Position numbers and translations under genes: made by a program | Shown here: positions 63,721 through 64,000 of the stretch, one piece after another | How the letters are laid out: the number at the start of each line of letters is the position of its first letter | Position numbering within the stretch: position 1 is the first letter of the stretch | Assembly (NCBI RefSeq): GCF_018350175.1 | Contig: NC_058369.1 | Coordinates: 7,936,001-8,000,000 of the forward strand | From: Felis catus | Taxonomy: Eukaryota | Length of the DNA stretch: 64,000 nucleotides | Direction of reading: 5' to 3' | Notes under the pieces: model-generated | Told to the model about the DNA's origin: nothing | What the model saw: the letters and a program-made list of their open reading frames with translations, nothing else | The model's database searches: none

Positions 63721-64000
63721 CATTTTTTTTTTTTTTACTTTATCTGGATTTTACAATTTTATTCTTCAAAGAGCAAAGGGGAACATTAAAAGTCCCTAAT
63801 ACGGCCCCACTGAATGTTAACACCCATATCCTTCCTCCCCACCCACGAATCATTGTTATAAGGTGGCAAGGAAAACCTCAAGTCACACAGCAGCCTGATA
63901 CCTATTCAGTCACTCACTCATTCCTACAGGCATGCGTGCGTCAAACACGTACTGAGCGCCTATGTGTCCTAGGAAGTTTTCTAGGTCCTGGGGGAATGCG

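Overview
Mammalian genomic DNA from a carnivore, almost certainly a felid: it is dense in tRNA-derived CAN-SINEs, including young SINEC_Fc-type copies. The window is syntenic with human 19p13.2. Five protein-coding genes were reconstructed exon by exon with GT-AG junctions and consistent phases. ATG4D (+, 10 exons, 473 aa) lies tail-to-tail with KRI1 (-, 19 exons, 703 aa) and their 3' UTRs probably overlap. CDKN2D/p19INK4d (-, 166 aa) and AP1M2/mu1B (-, 12 exons, 423 aa) follow, then the 5' part of SLC44A2/CTL2 (+, two alternative first coding exons plus exons 2-10, running off the window). The rest is CpG islands, SINEs, L1/L2/MIR remnants, MLT1 LTRs, hAT (MER) relics, microsatellites and three N gaps. 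I see no evidence of a wholly new gene system; the long ORFs in the track are antisense, GC-rich or repeat-derived. The leads most worth testing are regulatory: (1) a strong-Kozak uORF in frame with ATG4D and separated from its weak AUG by a single TAG; (2) a U12 intron in AP1M2 with a non-consensus donor; (3) a degenerate ~19-bp array with an internal inversion upstream of SLC44A2 exon 1b; (4) a mirtron-like ATG4D intron 8; (5) dual-use poly(A)/ARE signals in the ATG4D/KRI1 overlap; (6) three SINEs stacked at one insertion site. Gene and repeat names and all comparisons with human or dog come from recall, not from a database search.
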